In this document: positions 19,029 to 28,138 of the stretch, in pieces
How positions within the stretch are numbered: the stretch's first letter is position 1
Layout of the letters: every line of letters starts with the position of its first letter
Source of the DNA: a virus
Taxonomy: Duplodnaviria > Caudoviricetes
DNA length: 38,315 nt
Virus record (IMG/VR): IMGVR_UViG_3300032221_000163
Coordinates: 1 to 38,315 of that record
Reading direction: 5' to 3' (one strand)
The notes under the pieces: model-generated
What the model was told of the DNA's origin: nothing
What the model saw: only the letters and a program-made list of their open reading frames with translations
Database searches by the model: none
Made by a program: the position numbers and the translations under genes

Positions 19029-19513
19029 CAGATCACCAGGGTTACGTCGGTACCAGTACCGGCTGTGGCCTTGGCAACGGTCACGGTGTCACCAACGTTG
19101 TAACCACTGCCTGCCACCTTGACCGTGGCACCAACGACCACGCCGCCAGCAGCAACCAGGTCAACAGTCAGACCAGTACCAGCTCCACCAGAAGTGGCCA
19201 CGCCAGTCTTGGCAGTAGCGCCACTGGTGCCGTTGCCGCTCACACGCAGTGCGCCGCCAACAGCAAGGCTTGCTTTCTTGACACCGTTAGCGGCAGCACC
19301 GCCAGCAGCAACCAGGCCATTCACGCCGGTCACGGTGTAGGTCGGTGCGGCACTGGGGGTGCCAGCTGCTCCAACAGTTCCGGTCTTCAGGCCGGGAGCC
19401 AGGGTGACCAGCGGCGCCTGGGCCATCGGGTCATCGTCTTGTGCATCTTGCCAATCCCATGCCAACGCAGTCTTCACTGCGGGTGGGTTGATCGTGGTGA
19501 TAGTGATGGCCAT
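19028..19513 (-). CDS. Gly/Ala/Thr/Val-rich structural protein (possible head decoration or fibre)
   Basis: Likely start MAITITT at 19513 just after the terminator; GGAGTGLTVD...GSGYNVGDTVTV beta motif; between capsid and gp11. Confidence 0.6.
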   Translation of the reverse strand: MAITITTINPPAVKTALAWDWQDAQDDDPMAQAPLVTLAPGLKTGTVGAAGTPSAAPTYTVTGVNGLVAAGGAAANGVKKASLAVGGALRVSGNGTSGATAKTGVATSGGAGTGLTVDLVAAGGVVVGATVKVAGSGYNVGDTVTVAKATAGTGTDVTLVI

Positions 19514-19514
19514 G

Positions 19515-19538
19515 AAAAAAGGGGGCATCTCTGCCCCC
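19515..19538 (-). terminator. T-phi-like terminator after the major capsid gene
   Basis: Minus strand GGGGGCA-GAGA-TGCCCCC-TTTTTT, at the canonical T7 position. Confidence 0.85.
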
Positions 19539-19563
19539 CATCTTGCCTTCGATTGAGTGTGAC

Positions 19564-20601
19564 TCAACCGTTATGGATTTCGCATACTGCTTCCGGGCGC
19601 AGAATGCCGAAGCCGCAGGCGTAGCGTGCAACCATCAATGTTGCCTGGTACATCACGTTGTAGTCATTGCCGGTCATCTGCATCGACAGATCACGCAGCT
19701 TGAGTACACCAGCAGCACCCTTCTGGAAGGCCAGCATCTTGGTCTTGCTCATGTCCACGGAGGACAGAACAGTGTCAGCACCACCGAAGGTGTAGCCCTG
19801 TTCACCAGCCTTGGCGGTGACATTGCCTTGCTTGATGTGGTTGCTGCTGTAGATGTTGAACCCAGCCAGCTTGGCGATCTGGCCTTCCTTGTAGGAGCCG
19901 TTCGCGCCGTTCTGGTTGAAGTCGAAGTTCACTGCACGGCTGGACTGAATCAGCGTGTAGTAGATCTCCGGGCTGCACACCAGGCAGCGGCCATCAGCAG
20001 GGATGTCCTTCTCGTCCAGCGCCTGGGCAGCAGCGAAGACGCTGGCAACCAGATCGTCGGGAGTAGGAGTGGCCTTGTTGATGTCGATCCGGGTGCCAAC
20101 GCGGTACGGATCGTCGGGGCTCAGACCTGCAGGCAGGTTGGCAGTCAGGTCACTGGTGGTGACACGAGCGCCGAGAGCAAGCACACGAGCGATGCGCTTG
20201 TCGAATTCTCTGGCTAAAGCCTGCCCCAATTCCTTGGAGTAAATACTACGAATGTCGTAGTGATTCTTGGCCTCATCCAGATCATACAACGCCGCATCTG
20301 CAATGAGCAGATCGTCGATCTTGATGACGACTTCGTTCTGGGCCATGTTGCCTTGGCCCTCAATCATTTTCCCGGGAGTATGATACTTCGCGGAAAAACG
20401 TCCCGTCACGGGAAACTGTGCGCTCTTTCCATTTTGGATAGTGCGCTCTTGAACAAAGCCCGAGAAAATGCAATTCCGCTTGAAGGATTGCAGCACTTCT
20501 CCACTAAAGACCTTGAGGAAAAGTGCGTTGTCTTTTGCCCAGGTGCCCGAGTCGTTGTTAATTACACCGGGCCTGGACAGAGTTGCGTCAGGTGCAGCCA
20601 C
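19564..20601 (-). CDS. Major capsid protein (T7 gp10-like)
   Basis: ALFLKVFSGEV, RTIQNGKSAQFP, YHTPG, IDDLLI, HYDIRS.YS.ELG.ALA, G.G.LRPE; GGAG upstream of the GTG start. Confidence 0.97.
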   Translation of the reverse strand: MAAPDATLSRPGVINNDSGTWAKDNALFLKVFSGEVLQSFKRNCIFSGFVQERTIQNGKSAQFPVTGRFSAKYHTPGKMIEGQGNMAQNEVVIKIDDLLIADAALYDLDEAKNHYDIRSIYSKELGQALAREFDKRIARVLALGARVTTSDLTANLPAGLSPDDPYRVGTRIDINKATPTPDDLVASVFAAAQALDEKDIPADGRCLVCSPEIYYTLIQSSRAVNFDFNQNGANGSYKEGQIAKLAGFNIYSSNHIKQGNVTAKAGEQGYTFGGADTVLSSVDMSKTKMLAFQKGAAGVLKLRDLSMQMTGNDYNVMYQATLMVARYACGFGILRPEAVCEIHNG

Positions 20602-20739
20602 CGTCGGTCTCCATGATCAGGGTTTACAGGTGATCAACAGCGAGGCGTCACGCCTCTCACTCCTTGCTCCTGGGGTATCGGCGTACCGGGCCTAGGGCAG
20701 AACCGTGATGTTGGATCTGCCCATAGTTCTACACCAACA

Positions 20740-21432
20740 TCAACGAGCTTGGAAGACGTTGCTAACAGCAAGCCGCCTTTCAACCTCACGGATGTATGCC
20801 GGATCAGGATTGCCACCGCTGTAGCGAGGGTCATTCATTGCTTCCACCACTTGGGCTTCGCTTGTGAACCCCTTGATCTCAGACGATGGAGCACGCCCAC
20901 CCGACAGCTTGGGCTCATACCCATTCGTCATCATGAAGTCATACTGCAATCCCTTTAGTTGATTGAGGATTGCGCCTTCATCCCCACTGTTGAGTGCACT
21001 GTTGAATGCAGTCAACCTTTCCTCGGGCAGGTTCTGCGATGCCCAGCCAGCGATCCGCTGGTACTGCTGCTCACCACCCGCCTGCTCCATGATCCGGCTA
21101 CGGATCTGCTGGGCCTGCTCCGTGGTCACCCGAGGCTGAGACTCCTGCTCCTCCTCCTCGTCATCACCGTCCTCAACCTCAGCAGCTTCTTGGTCATTAA
21201 GTTGCTGCTGCTGTTGGGGTACTCCGCCCTTCAGCCGGCTGTACTCAGCCTGCAGGCTCTGGTACGCCGAGGCCAGATCATCAACGGACTGGTACTTCCC
21301 AAGGATCAGCCCGCTGCTCTCAGCCGCCTCGTCGTACAGCTCAGCACGAGCTGCTTCAACCTTGGCTGATTCTTCAGCAACAGCTGAAACCTCAGCTGGG
21401 CTGCTATCCATTCCGGTCTGTACTTCAGGCAT
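20740..21432 (-). CDS. Capsid scaffolding protein (gp9-like)
   Basis: Acidic; LILGKY.S..DL..AY..L, GGE..Y..I..WA..NL, F.S.AQVVEAM.DPRY..DPAY...V. Confidence 0.92.
   Translation of the reverse strand: MPEVQTGMDSSPAEVSAVAEESAKVEAARAELYDEAAESSGLILGKYQSVDDLASAYQSLQAEYSRLKGGVPQQQQQLNDQEAAEVEDGDDEEEEQESQPRVTTEQAQQIRSRIMEQAGGEQQYQRIAGWASQNLPEERLTAFNSALNSGDEGAILNQLKGLQYDFMMTNGYEPKLSGGRAPSSEIKGFTSEAQVVEAMNDPRYSGGNPDPAYIREVERRLAVSNVFQAR
21001..21016 (-). promoter_or_regulatory. Motif copy TTGACTGCATTCAAC inside the scaffold gene, about 400 bp upstream of the capsid gene
   Basis: 14/15 identical to the copies at 4253 and 28828. Confidence 0.5.
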
Positions 21433-21604
21433 GGTTGAAACCATCCCGAATGATCATGTGCCCTTCACCACTGGGGTAGGGAAGGGCTCTCGTTCCAGGC
21501 GGTAACTCAGATCCCTGCCGCTTGGGCTGGGACTGGAGTTGCTCCTGCTCCTCCTGCTGGAGGGGCGGCAGCTGGCTCCGGCTGCGGCGGACCGGTGAGT
21601 CCAT
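21425..21604 (-). CDS. Possible small protein overlapping the portal 3' end
   Basis: ORF fills the portal-scaffold gap and overlaps the scaffold start; no recognisable motif. Confidence 0.3.
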   Translation of the reverse strand: MDSPVRRSRSQLPPLQQEEQEQLQSQPKRQGSELPPGTRALPYPSGEGHMIIRDGFNHA

Positions 21605-23120
21605 TGTCAACAGCTCCTTGTGTGAGTTGCTGCGCTAACTGTACCTGCTGTTGCTGTGCCATTTCAGCCTGCATGTCCTGTTCGGATTTCACCAGTCCCG
21701 CAATGTCAATACCGTCTGACGCTGCATAGCGACGGATCAACTCGCTCGGGTTGATGTACTGCAAGAACTGCTCTGGCCCAATGCTCGCTGCCACTACCTG
21801 CAGGAAGTCCGTCAACCGCTGCTTGTCATTGCCGCGGCCAATCGCTTCCAGGCCCGTGGTCACCTGTGGTTCCACCAATCCCTTGGGTACCGGTGGCAGT
21901 TCACCACCGCGCTCCATCATGTGCATCACCCTGCGGATCAGAGGGATCTGCAGCTCTGCACTCAACAGGCTGTACACCCCGCCGAGGCCGGCTTCCAGCA
22001 TCTCTGCCATCAACCTGATCTCGGCTGCTGTCACCCTCTCCGCATCACGTTGCATCGCCTCGTTGGAGAGGAACGTGAAGTTCAACCGACGTTCGATCAG
22101 CTGCATGGTCTGCAACGCTGTCGCAAAGTCGTTGGCCTTCTGCACCTGCAGGAACTCAACGTCCGCTGCATTGCCAGCCACGATCGCTCCGTTCTCAGCA
22201 CGGGCCAGCACGTCAGCACGGGTGGTGCCGTTGGGATTGACCAGGCCAATGGCCTTGGCCGCAATCAGGCTGCCCTCCACGATCGCCTTGCTCAACGACT
22301 CCAGGCTCTGGAGATCACCGAGCACCTCCTCCACCAGGCCGCGGCCATAGCTCTCACCAGCGATACGGTTCAGGCGAAGTGGAATCCAGGGGCTGGTCTC
22401 CAACTTGCTGAAGCCAGCGGTACCAGGGATGCGCTTGCCGTCGTACTCCTGGTACCACTGCACCGCCTTGTCCCCACCCTGGGGATCGATGCTGACGTGG
22501 GTGTACAACTCCTCGGCATCCTTATCATCCTCGCCCTGGTGATCGGCACCAGCAGGCAGGTGACGGGGTGACACCAGTTCACGGATCACCATCTCCGTGA
22601 CGTTGCCATCAGGATCGCGATCAACGCAGAAACTGCGCAGTCCGTACATCCGGATGGTGTCAGCACCGATGTACAGCAGAGCGTTGCCACCCACGATCAG
22701 GTGCTTGATCGCTTCAAACAACGCTGGCCGTGATTGCAGTTGATCCATGCGCTGCAGGATCTGCCGCTCCATAGAAGACAACGCGATGTCCAGCTCGCTC
22801 ATCAACTGGTTGGGATCAGCACCGCTCTGGCCGATGTATTCCTCCAGCTGGCCGCGGTCCATCACCAACCGGAAGAAGGGTTGGCTGGGGGGATAGAGAG
22901 CAAGGAGCAGCTTGGCGCTGAGGTTGCTCACGCCCCGAGCACCAGCACCTTGATAGAGGGAGGGCAGCTTGTTGAACTGCTGTCCACTCCATCCGTAGTT
23001 CTGATCTGATTCGGGGATCAGGGTTGGAACGGTGAGTGCCGAGCAGTCGATGGCACGGCGCAGGTACTGGCTACGGAATAGCTCCAGGTCCCGCCAGCGG
23101 GATTCAGCGGTTTCGTTCAT
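21507..23120 (-). CDS. Portal / head-tail connector (gp8-like)
   Basis: GARGVSNLSAKLLLAL.PP..PFFRL, GESYGRGLVEE.LGDL.SLE.L, RDAERVTA.EIR, LGGVYSLLS.ELQ.P, TGLEAIGRG.D. Confidence 0.97.
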   Translation of the reverse strand: MNETAESRWRDLELFRSQYLRRAIDCSALTVPTLIPESDQNYGWSGQQFNKLPSLYQGAGARGVSNLSAKLLLALYPPSQPFFRLVMDRGQLEEYIGQSGADPNQLMSELDIALSSMERQILQRMDQLQSRPALFEAIKHLIVGGNALLYIGADTIRMYGLRSFCVDRDPDGNVTEMVIRELVSPRHLPAGADHQGEDDKDAEELYTHVSIDPQGGDKAVQWYQEYDGKRIPGTAGFSKLETSPWIPLRLNRIAGESYGRGLVEEVLGDLQSLESLSKAIVEGSLIAAKAIGLVNPNGTTRADVLARAENGAIVAGNAADVEFLQVQKANDFATALQTMQLIERRLNFTFLSNEAMQRDAERVTAAEIRLMAEMLEAGLGGVYSLLSAELQIPLIRRVMHMMERGGELPPVPKGLVEPQVTTGLEAIGRGNDKQRLTDFLQVVAASIGPEQFLQYINPSELIRRYAASDGIDIAGLVKSEQDMQAEMAQQQQVQLAQQLTQGAVDNGLTGPPQPEPAAAPPAGGAGATPVPAQAAGI

Positions 23121-24199
23121 CAGGCGAGCTGGAGACCAGCGAGGGGATTGGAGTTGGTGCCAAGGCCGGAGACGATGGCCAGATCACTGAGGGTGCTCTC
23201 TTTCTTCTGGGTGGTGCGCTGATCACCCAAGGCAACAGTGGCGGCAGAGTCTTCAGGTTGAGGGACAAAGGCTGTGCCAAGGGCAGAGGCAACACGGGCC
23301 TGCTCTGCATAGGCGCGTTCAGCGGCCTGGGCTTGTTGTTGCAGGAGGTTCTGGGTGGACTGAGCCTGCTGCTGCTGGAACAACATCAGGTCAGATAGTT
23401 CATTGACCCGCATGTCAGCAGCGGATTGAATCTCGGCAATCTGGTTGCCGAAGTCCAACTGCATCGTGTTGATCTGTTCCGCCTGCATCTGGGCGTACTT
23501 GTCAAACTCCGCGCTGGCATCAGCCATCTGCTGCGCATAGAGCGCCTTGATGGATTCAATGCTGCCGTCGTTCTTGACGGTGCCATCGCCAGTGCCGTTA
23601 CCGCCGGCTCCACCATTGCCGCCGGCTCCACCACCCTGGCCAGCGGCAGTGCCGCCGTATCCACGACGGGGCAGGACGATCGGGTTGTAGACCGTGCTGC
23701 CTGGGGTGCGGCTGGAGCCACCGTTGACCGTGATGGTGTCGGTGGCAGGAATGTTGTACTGGCTGGCCCCGTAGTAGGCCGTGCCCTTGCCGAGTTGCAG
23801 GTTCTGCAGTGGAGCTAGAGCCTCTAGCGCACGGGCTGTCCCTTGGTTGTAGCCAAGTGCAGTGGAATAGTCCCCCAGCTGGTAAAGGTTGTTGCCGTTA
23901 GGACCCAGCTTCCCGTTGCTATAGGCATTGACAGCACCAGCACCAATGCCAACACCTTTCTCCTGTGCCTTGGCAAAGACTTGAGCAACAGTCTTGCCAG
24001 TGTCTTCAGCAATGGCGCTGGCCTCCTTCTTGCTGAGGACAGGGCCAACGTTGCGGACGGAGGAGGCCAGCGAGCCGCCGCCAGATCGCGCCTGGTGGGC
24101 TGCCTCCACTGACATGGTGCTGGTGGTGGCAGCGGTGTTACCTGCCGGGCCACGGTCATTGGGTTGACTCTTGGCAGCACCACCTTTCTTCTTAGCCAT
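23120..24199 (-). CDS. Gly/Ala/Gln-rich putative virion protein in the gp7.3 position
   Basis: Immediately upstream of the portal (TGATG coupling); ends ...SDLAI...AGLQLA; 359 aa with a Gly-rich hinge and coiled coil. Confidence 0.55.
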   Translation of the reverse strand: MAKKKGGAAKSQPNDRGPAGNTAATTSTMSVEAAHQARSGGGSLASSVRNVGPVLSKKEASAIAEDTGKTVAQVFAKAQEKGVGIGAGAVNAYSNGKLGPNGNNLYQLGDYSTALGYNQGTARALEALAPLQNLQLGKGTAYYGASQYNIPATDTITVNGGSSRTPGSTVYNPIVLPRRGYGGTAAGQGGGAGGNGGAGGNGTGDGTVKNDGSIESIKALYAQQMADASAEFDKYAQMQAEQINTMQLDFGNQIAEIQSAADMRVNELSDLMLFQQQQAQSTQNLLQQQAQAAERAYAEQARVASALGTAFVPQPEDSAATVALGDQRTTQKKESTLSDLAIVSGLGTNSNPLAGLQLA

Positions 24200-24374
24200 C
24201 AGTGAGCCCCCTCAGGAAACGAATGACAGATCGTTGTCCTGAAGCGTATCGGATCTGATCTATCGAGTCATTCAACTCTGGTGTTCGTTCAGGGAATAAC
24301 TCATCCAACGCATCAAGCATCTCACTATCAAGCTTCGATGCAATGATGCGCTTCAATTTGTCGGGGGATTCCAT
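24192..24374 (-). CDS. Conserved small T7-like protein (gp6.5-like position)
   Basis: LDELFPER.P......I.Y.SGQRSVIRFL motif, after the exonuclease. Confidence 0.75.
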   Translation of the reverse strand: MESPDKLKRIIASKLDSEMLDALDELFPERTPELNDSIDQIRYASGQRSVIRFLRGLTDG

Positions 24375-25165
24375 AGCTTCACCTCATGTGTGTCGAAGTT
24401 GTACTCCCCTGCCCGGAGAACCCTTACCAGTCGGGCCTGTTGCGTGGCGAACTGGGATGGCTGGTCCACTTTCCCTTTCGTTTCATACGCCCGAACAATC
24501 GCTTCCCAGCAACCCACAGGGTCTGCGATGTCGAATCCATCGACGAGCTTCTTGGCTCCGACTGGACCCATCCCCTTGCAACCGGGGATGCCATCGGTCG
24601 CGTCACCCGTAAGGATCTGTTGGTATGTGAAACGCTCTGCATGTTCATCCGTATTCCGTTTGATGATCGTGTCACCGCTTCGTTCAACCACAAGTCCATC
24701 TTCTGGTTCAACCTCCTTCCCTGTATCTAGCCACAAGTGTAGCCCAGGTATCTGCATCAAGTCTTTGTCGCCTGATGCAATCACCACCTCATCGCCAACG
24801 GACATCGTGGCGAAGATCCCCATCAGATCATCGGCCTCAATCTTGCTGAACATGAACGCCGTGTCCTCGGTCAGCAGTTCAGCCCGCAGGTGCTTGTAGC
24901 CAATCGGCTTGGGTGATTTCCGGTTGGCCTTATACGCAGGGAACAGGTCCCGCCTGAATGCACTGCGATCGGTGAAGCAGTGCCACACGTCATCCATGCC
25001 GCACTCCATCAGGTGACACCAGTTGCGCACCTGCTGCCAGTACATCTCCCTGGCTGCACCCGCTTCGCTGTGCCGGGTCCACACATCAGGCCCCAGCTCC
25101 ACCTCCACCTCGGTTGCTGCCATTGCACGGAACAGCAGCATGTCCGCATCGAGCAGGATCCTCAT
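24353..25165 (-). CDS. 5'-3' exonuclease (T7 gp6-like)
   Basis: Start MRILLDADMLL at 25165 (ATGA overlap); FR..L.P.YKANR, EADD.MGI, S.DKDL.QIPG, L.GD.TDGIPG..G.GP. Confidence 0.93.
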   Translation of the reverse strand: MRILLDADMLLFRAMAATEVEVELGPDVWTRHSEAGAAREMYWQQVRNWCHLMECGMDDVWHCFTDRSAFRRDLFPAYKANRKSPKPIGYKHLRAELLTEDTAFMFSKIEADDLMGIFATMSVGDEVVIASGDKDLMQIPGLHLWLDTGKEVEPEDGLVVERSGDTIIKRNTDEHAERFTYQQILTGDATDGIPGCKGMGPVGAKKLVDGFDIADPVGCWEAIVRAYETKGKVDQPSQFATQQARLVRVLRAGEYNFDTHEVKLWNPPTN

Positions 25166-25440
25166 GCCGCCTCCTTCTTGATCTTGACTGGCAGCGGTTC
25201 CGTCATCTGACCCTTGAACAGGGTCGGCAACACCTTGGTCACCCTGGGGATTGTGGCCTTGCCCTTCTTCCCGTTGACCCACTTCACCTCCACCATCTCC
25301 TCGTGGTGCTGTCTGGTGTAGAACCTGTGGCCGCAATACTCACAGTGCCTGCGGCGCACAACGTTCTCGCACTCATCATCGAACTTGGTCAGGATCACCT
25401 TGGTGATCCATGCCCCACAGCCAGGGCAGTCAGGCGTCAT
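25162..25440 (-). CDS. NrdR-N-like zinc-ribbon protein
   Basis: CPGCG...T.V..T......VVRRRHCEYCGHRFYT; no ATP-cone follows. Confidence 0.75.
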   Translation of the reverse strand: MTPDCPGCGAWITKVILTKFDDECENVVRRRHCEYCGHRFYTRQHHEEMVEVKWVNGKKGKATIPRVTKVLPTLFKGQMTEPLPVKIKKEAA

Positions 25441-25639
25441 CTGATTCAGCGGCATCAGCCAGTTCCTCGGTTGCAAGTTGATCAATGAAATCCCAGATGG
25501 GGTCATGCATGTCGACACCCATCTCCATGAACCACTGAGCCATGTCGCCCAGTGCGTAGAAGGCTTCAGACCTTCCATCCCCGACCGACCCCACGTAGAC
25601 CGGGGCCATCTCCTCTCGGTGAAAACACTGCAGCTTCAC
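25430..25639 (-). CDS. Hypothetical acidic protein (start uncertain)
   Basis: Tiles between neighbouring ORFs; GTG at 25639 or a downstream ATG. Confidence 0.45.
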   Translation of the reverse strand: MKLQCFHREEMAPVYVGSVGDGRSEAFYALGDMAQWFMEMGVDMHDPIWDFIDQLATEELADAAESDDA

Positions 25640-25643
25640 CGTG

Positions 25644-25838
25644 TCACTGAGCCAGTGGCTTTCGTTCAACGGCGTGCCTACGTAAACGCTCAGCGACATC
25701 CATGACTGTCCGATGACAGATCGCAGCTTCTCTCTTGTCCGGCGCCCACCGCTCAATTTCATTGGCCAACTCAAGAAAGACTTGAGCCATGCGGTGAGTG
25801 TGGCTAAGGCCATAGCGCGAATCCGGAAACCAGTACAC
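25644..25838 (-). CDS. Hypothetical protein
   Basis: GTG start right after the upstream stop; YWFPDSRYG...RMAQVF.ELANEI. Confidence 0.5.
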   Translation of the reverse strand: MYWFPDSRYGLSHTHRMAQVFLELANEIERWAPDKREAAICHRTVMDVAERLRRHAVERKPLAQ

Positions 25839-25839
25839 G

Positions 25840-26085
25840 TCACTGCACCGTTGGATCAGCAGGGAAGCGTCTTGCGTGGTCGCGGACTCCTGCGATAGCA
25901 GCTCCGTATCCGTTCCAGAAGGCTTGGGCGTAGGTGTAGGGGACGGTTCCTTCTTCCCACTTGGCTGATTGTTCGTTGAAGTTGCGGATGGCATGGATGT
26001 AAAGCGAGTTGATGTAGGTGCCAGTCAAGAGGTAGTCCCCTTCATCCAGGGGTTCGGCGCTGTACCTGGGATGGATGTACTCCAT
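25840..26085 (-). CDS. Hypothetical protein
   Basis: 81 aa, begins just after the helicase stop. Confidence 0.55.
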   Translation of the reverse strand: MEYIHPRYSAEPLDEGDYLLTGTYINSLYIHAIRNFNEQSAKWEEGTVPYTYAQAFWNGYGAAIAGVRDHARRFPADPTVQ

Positions 26086-26087
26086 GG

Positions 26088-27749
26088 TCAGAAGGCAGCA
26101 ACGGGTGTCTCAAAGAATGTGCAGGTGGCTGGCTTGTACTCCAGCTTGCACATCTCACCGAGTTCACCTTTGACCCGGTTCTTCTTCAGCCAGCAGTGAG
26201 TAGTGTTGGCTTCGATGCGATCTTCCGACCGAGGATTTCTGACCAACATGATTACGTGGTCTGGGATCTGGGCTAGGGAATGAGATCCTCGTAGTTCGGC
26301 AAGCGTGGGCTCGCCGCCTTCTTCATGCGTCTTGCCAATACCTGTCGATCTCGATAGGTGGCAGACGACGAGCATGGTGAAGTTGAGGTCCATGCAGAGC
26401 GTCTTGAGATCTTTGATGCAGCGATCAATAGCCCGCCGCTGATCAGTAGCAAGGGAAATACCATCAGCCAACAATGAGAAGTGATCCAGCACGACGACAG
26501 AGCATTGCTCAGCCAACACGTAATGTTTAACGGTGGCAACAAAAGAGTCGAAGTCATCGCTGCCGAACTTATCCAACAGATACAGGTGGTTAGCGAAGGT
26601 ACCCAGTGCTGCCTTGATCTCCTCCGGATCACGCAGTGCCCGCTCCTCTGGTTTGTCCAGGTGAAGCGGGGTCTGCATCTGCTCTGACAGCATCCGCTCC
26701 AGGCTGGTTTCGCAGCTCTCCTCCAGTCCGATGTACGCCACGTTGGTACCGCTGCGGCAGAGATCCAACGCGATGCTGCGGGTGAACAGGGACTTCCCAA
26801 TCCCGGTGCCACCACTGATCATGATCAGCTGGCCGGGCTTCATCCCCTCGGTCATCCGGTTCCACCCTTCCCAGGGGAATGGCAGGCCGTGACGCTTCTC
26901 GGGTTGGAGCAGCTTGGACAGAAGCTCCGGTGCGTGCACGATTGCCTCGGGCCGTTGCCGCTTGGCATTGGCGATGCCTTCCAGGATGGCGTTGTAGTCA
27001 CCTGCAACCCAGGCTTCATTGGCATCCTTGAAGGGGAAGGCACCGACCACAGCAGCAGTAGGACCAACCAGTTCGGCAACAGCGGCAGCAGCGGCGCGGC
27101 CTGGTTCATCCATGTCCATGAACACCACCACCCGTTTGAACCCGAGGATCCAACCGAGTTGATCTGTGCAGGCTTTCTTGGCTGAGGCGGCACCGTCCGG
27201 GATGGAAGCAACGACGAACTTGGACTGGTGGCGGTGCTTGTACATGCACTCGTACACCGACATGGCATCGATCTCACCCTCGGTCAACACGAGGGTGCCC
27301 TCGCTACCAAGGTGCTGGCCGAACAGTTGAACCTTCTGACCCTTCTGTCTGCCAACCCAGGCGAATTGCTTCTCGCCGTAGCGGATGTGTTGAGCAACAG
27401 TCAGTCCGTTCTCGTCGCGGTAGTTGGCGACCTGGGCGGGCTGTGATTTGTAGCTGCTGGCCTCGTAGTCATACATGCGAGCAGTGCGCTCACTGATGCC
27501 ACGTGTGGGAAGTGCTTCTGCTTTGCCGCGGATGAGGGCCTGCTTGGTGGCAGGTGCATCAGAGCGCGGCAGTGTGCTGAGCAAACTCAATGTTGCTTTG
27601 TTCATTCGTGTCCAAGGTTTTCCGTCAGTTGTGTACCGCTGTTGACAGGAGAAGCAGAAAACAGAACCGTCTGGGTACTGGGTTGCTGCGTCTGTGCTTT
27701 CGCATTCCGGGCCGGGACATGGAAGGTGGGACGTGCACCGTTCAGCCAT
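26088..27749 (-). CDS. DNA primase/helicase (T7 gp4-like)
   Basis: N-terminal Zn finger (HLPCPGPEC..SD...CFSC), TOPRIM LTEGEIDAMSV and DMDEPG, Walker A GGTGIGKS, VVLDH, LRGS..LAQ, KNRVKGELG. Confidence 0.96.
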   Translation of the reverse strand: MAERCTSHLPCPGPECESTDAATQYPDGSVFCFSCQQRYTTDGKPWTRMNKATLSLLSTLPRSDAPATKQALIRGKAEALPTRGISERTARMYDYEASSYKSQPAQVANYRDENGLTVAQHIRYGEKQFAWVGRQKGQKVQLFGQHLGSEGTLVLTEGEIDAMSVYECMYKHRHQSKFVVASIPDGAASAKKACTDQLGWILGFKRVVVFMDMDEPGRAAAAAVAELVGPTAAVVGAFPFKDANEAWVAGDYNAILEGIANAKRQRPEAIVHAPELLSKLLQPEKRHGLPFPWEGWNRMTEGMKPGQLIMISGGTGIGKSLFTRSIALDLCRSGTNVAYIGLEESCETSLERMLSEQMQTPLHLDKPEERALRDPEEIKAALGTFANHLYLLDKFGSDDFDSFVATVKHYVLAEQCSVVVLDHFSLLADGISLATDQRRAIDRCIKDLKTLCMDLNFTMLVVCHLSRSTGIGKTHEEGGEPTLAELRGSHSLAQIPDHVIMLVRNPRSEDRIEANTTHCWLKKNRVKGELGEMCKLEYKPATCTFFETPVAAF

Positions 27750-28138
27750 TGCTGCATGAAGTCAGGTGGAATGGGGATAGGGCACCAGGCGATGCCGTGC
27801 TTAGTGCACCACTGGGCATAAGTGGTCTTGCTTTGTTTACTCAACGTGAGATGAGGACGTTGCAGTGCAACAAAGATGGGCAGGCCAGGGTTGTTCATGA
27901 TCACCGCCAGGAACTTGGTGCGTTCCGCCGATGGCCACCAGCCCTTCACCTCCACGTACACCTCGCCCACCTTGAAGTCCGGTGTGTACTTCTTGTGCAG
28001 GACGTAGGAGAACTTTTCGGTTTCGTACTGAGGGGCGAGGCCCTGGGATACCAGAGCCTCCTCCACCTGTTGCTCCAACTGAGAGCGGTGCTCACGATCC
28101 TTGCGGGACCGGAGCCGCCTGTTGTAGCGATCAAGCAT
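27602..28138 (-). CDS. Endonuclease I / Holliday junction resolvase (T7 gp3-like)
   Basis: RS.LE..V...L, YE.EK..Y...KKYTPDF, VEVKG, TTYAQWC.KHG. Confidence 0.92.
   Translation of the reverse strand: MLDRYNRRLRSRKDREHRSQLEQQVEEALVSQGLAPQYETEKFSYVLHKKYTPDFKVGEVYVEVKGWWPSAERTKFLAVIMNNPGLPIFVALQRPHLTLSKQSKTTYAQWCTKHGIAWCPIPIPPDFMQQWLNGARPTFHVPARNAKAQTQQPSTQTVLFSASPVNSGTQLTENLGHE

Noticed and set aside
19513-19580. T7 gp10B-style frameshift fusing the capsid to the downstream ORF
   Set aside because: The downstream frame has a TAA two codons before its TTG at 19567, there is no slippery sequence, and a terminator intervenes; a separate start at 19513 is simpler.
25166-25336. N-terminal extension of the exonuclease given in the ORF track
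   Set aside because: It overlaps the zinc-ribbon gene; the conserved fold begins at MRILLDAD with an ATGA-coupled start.
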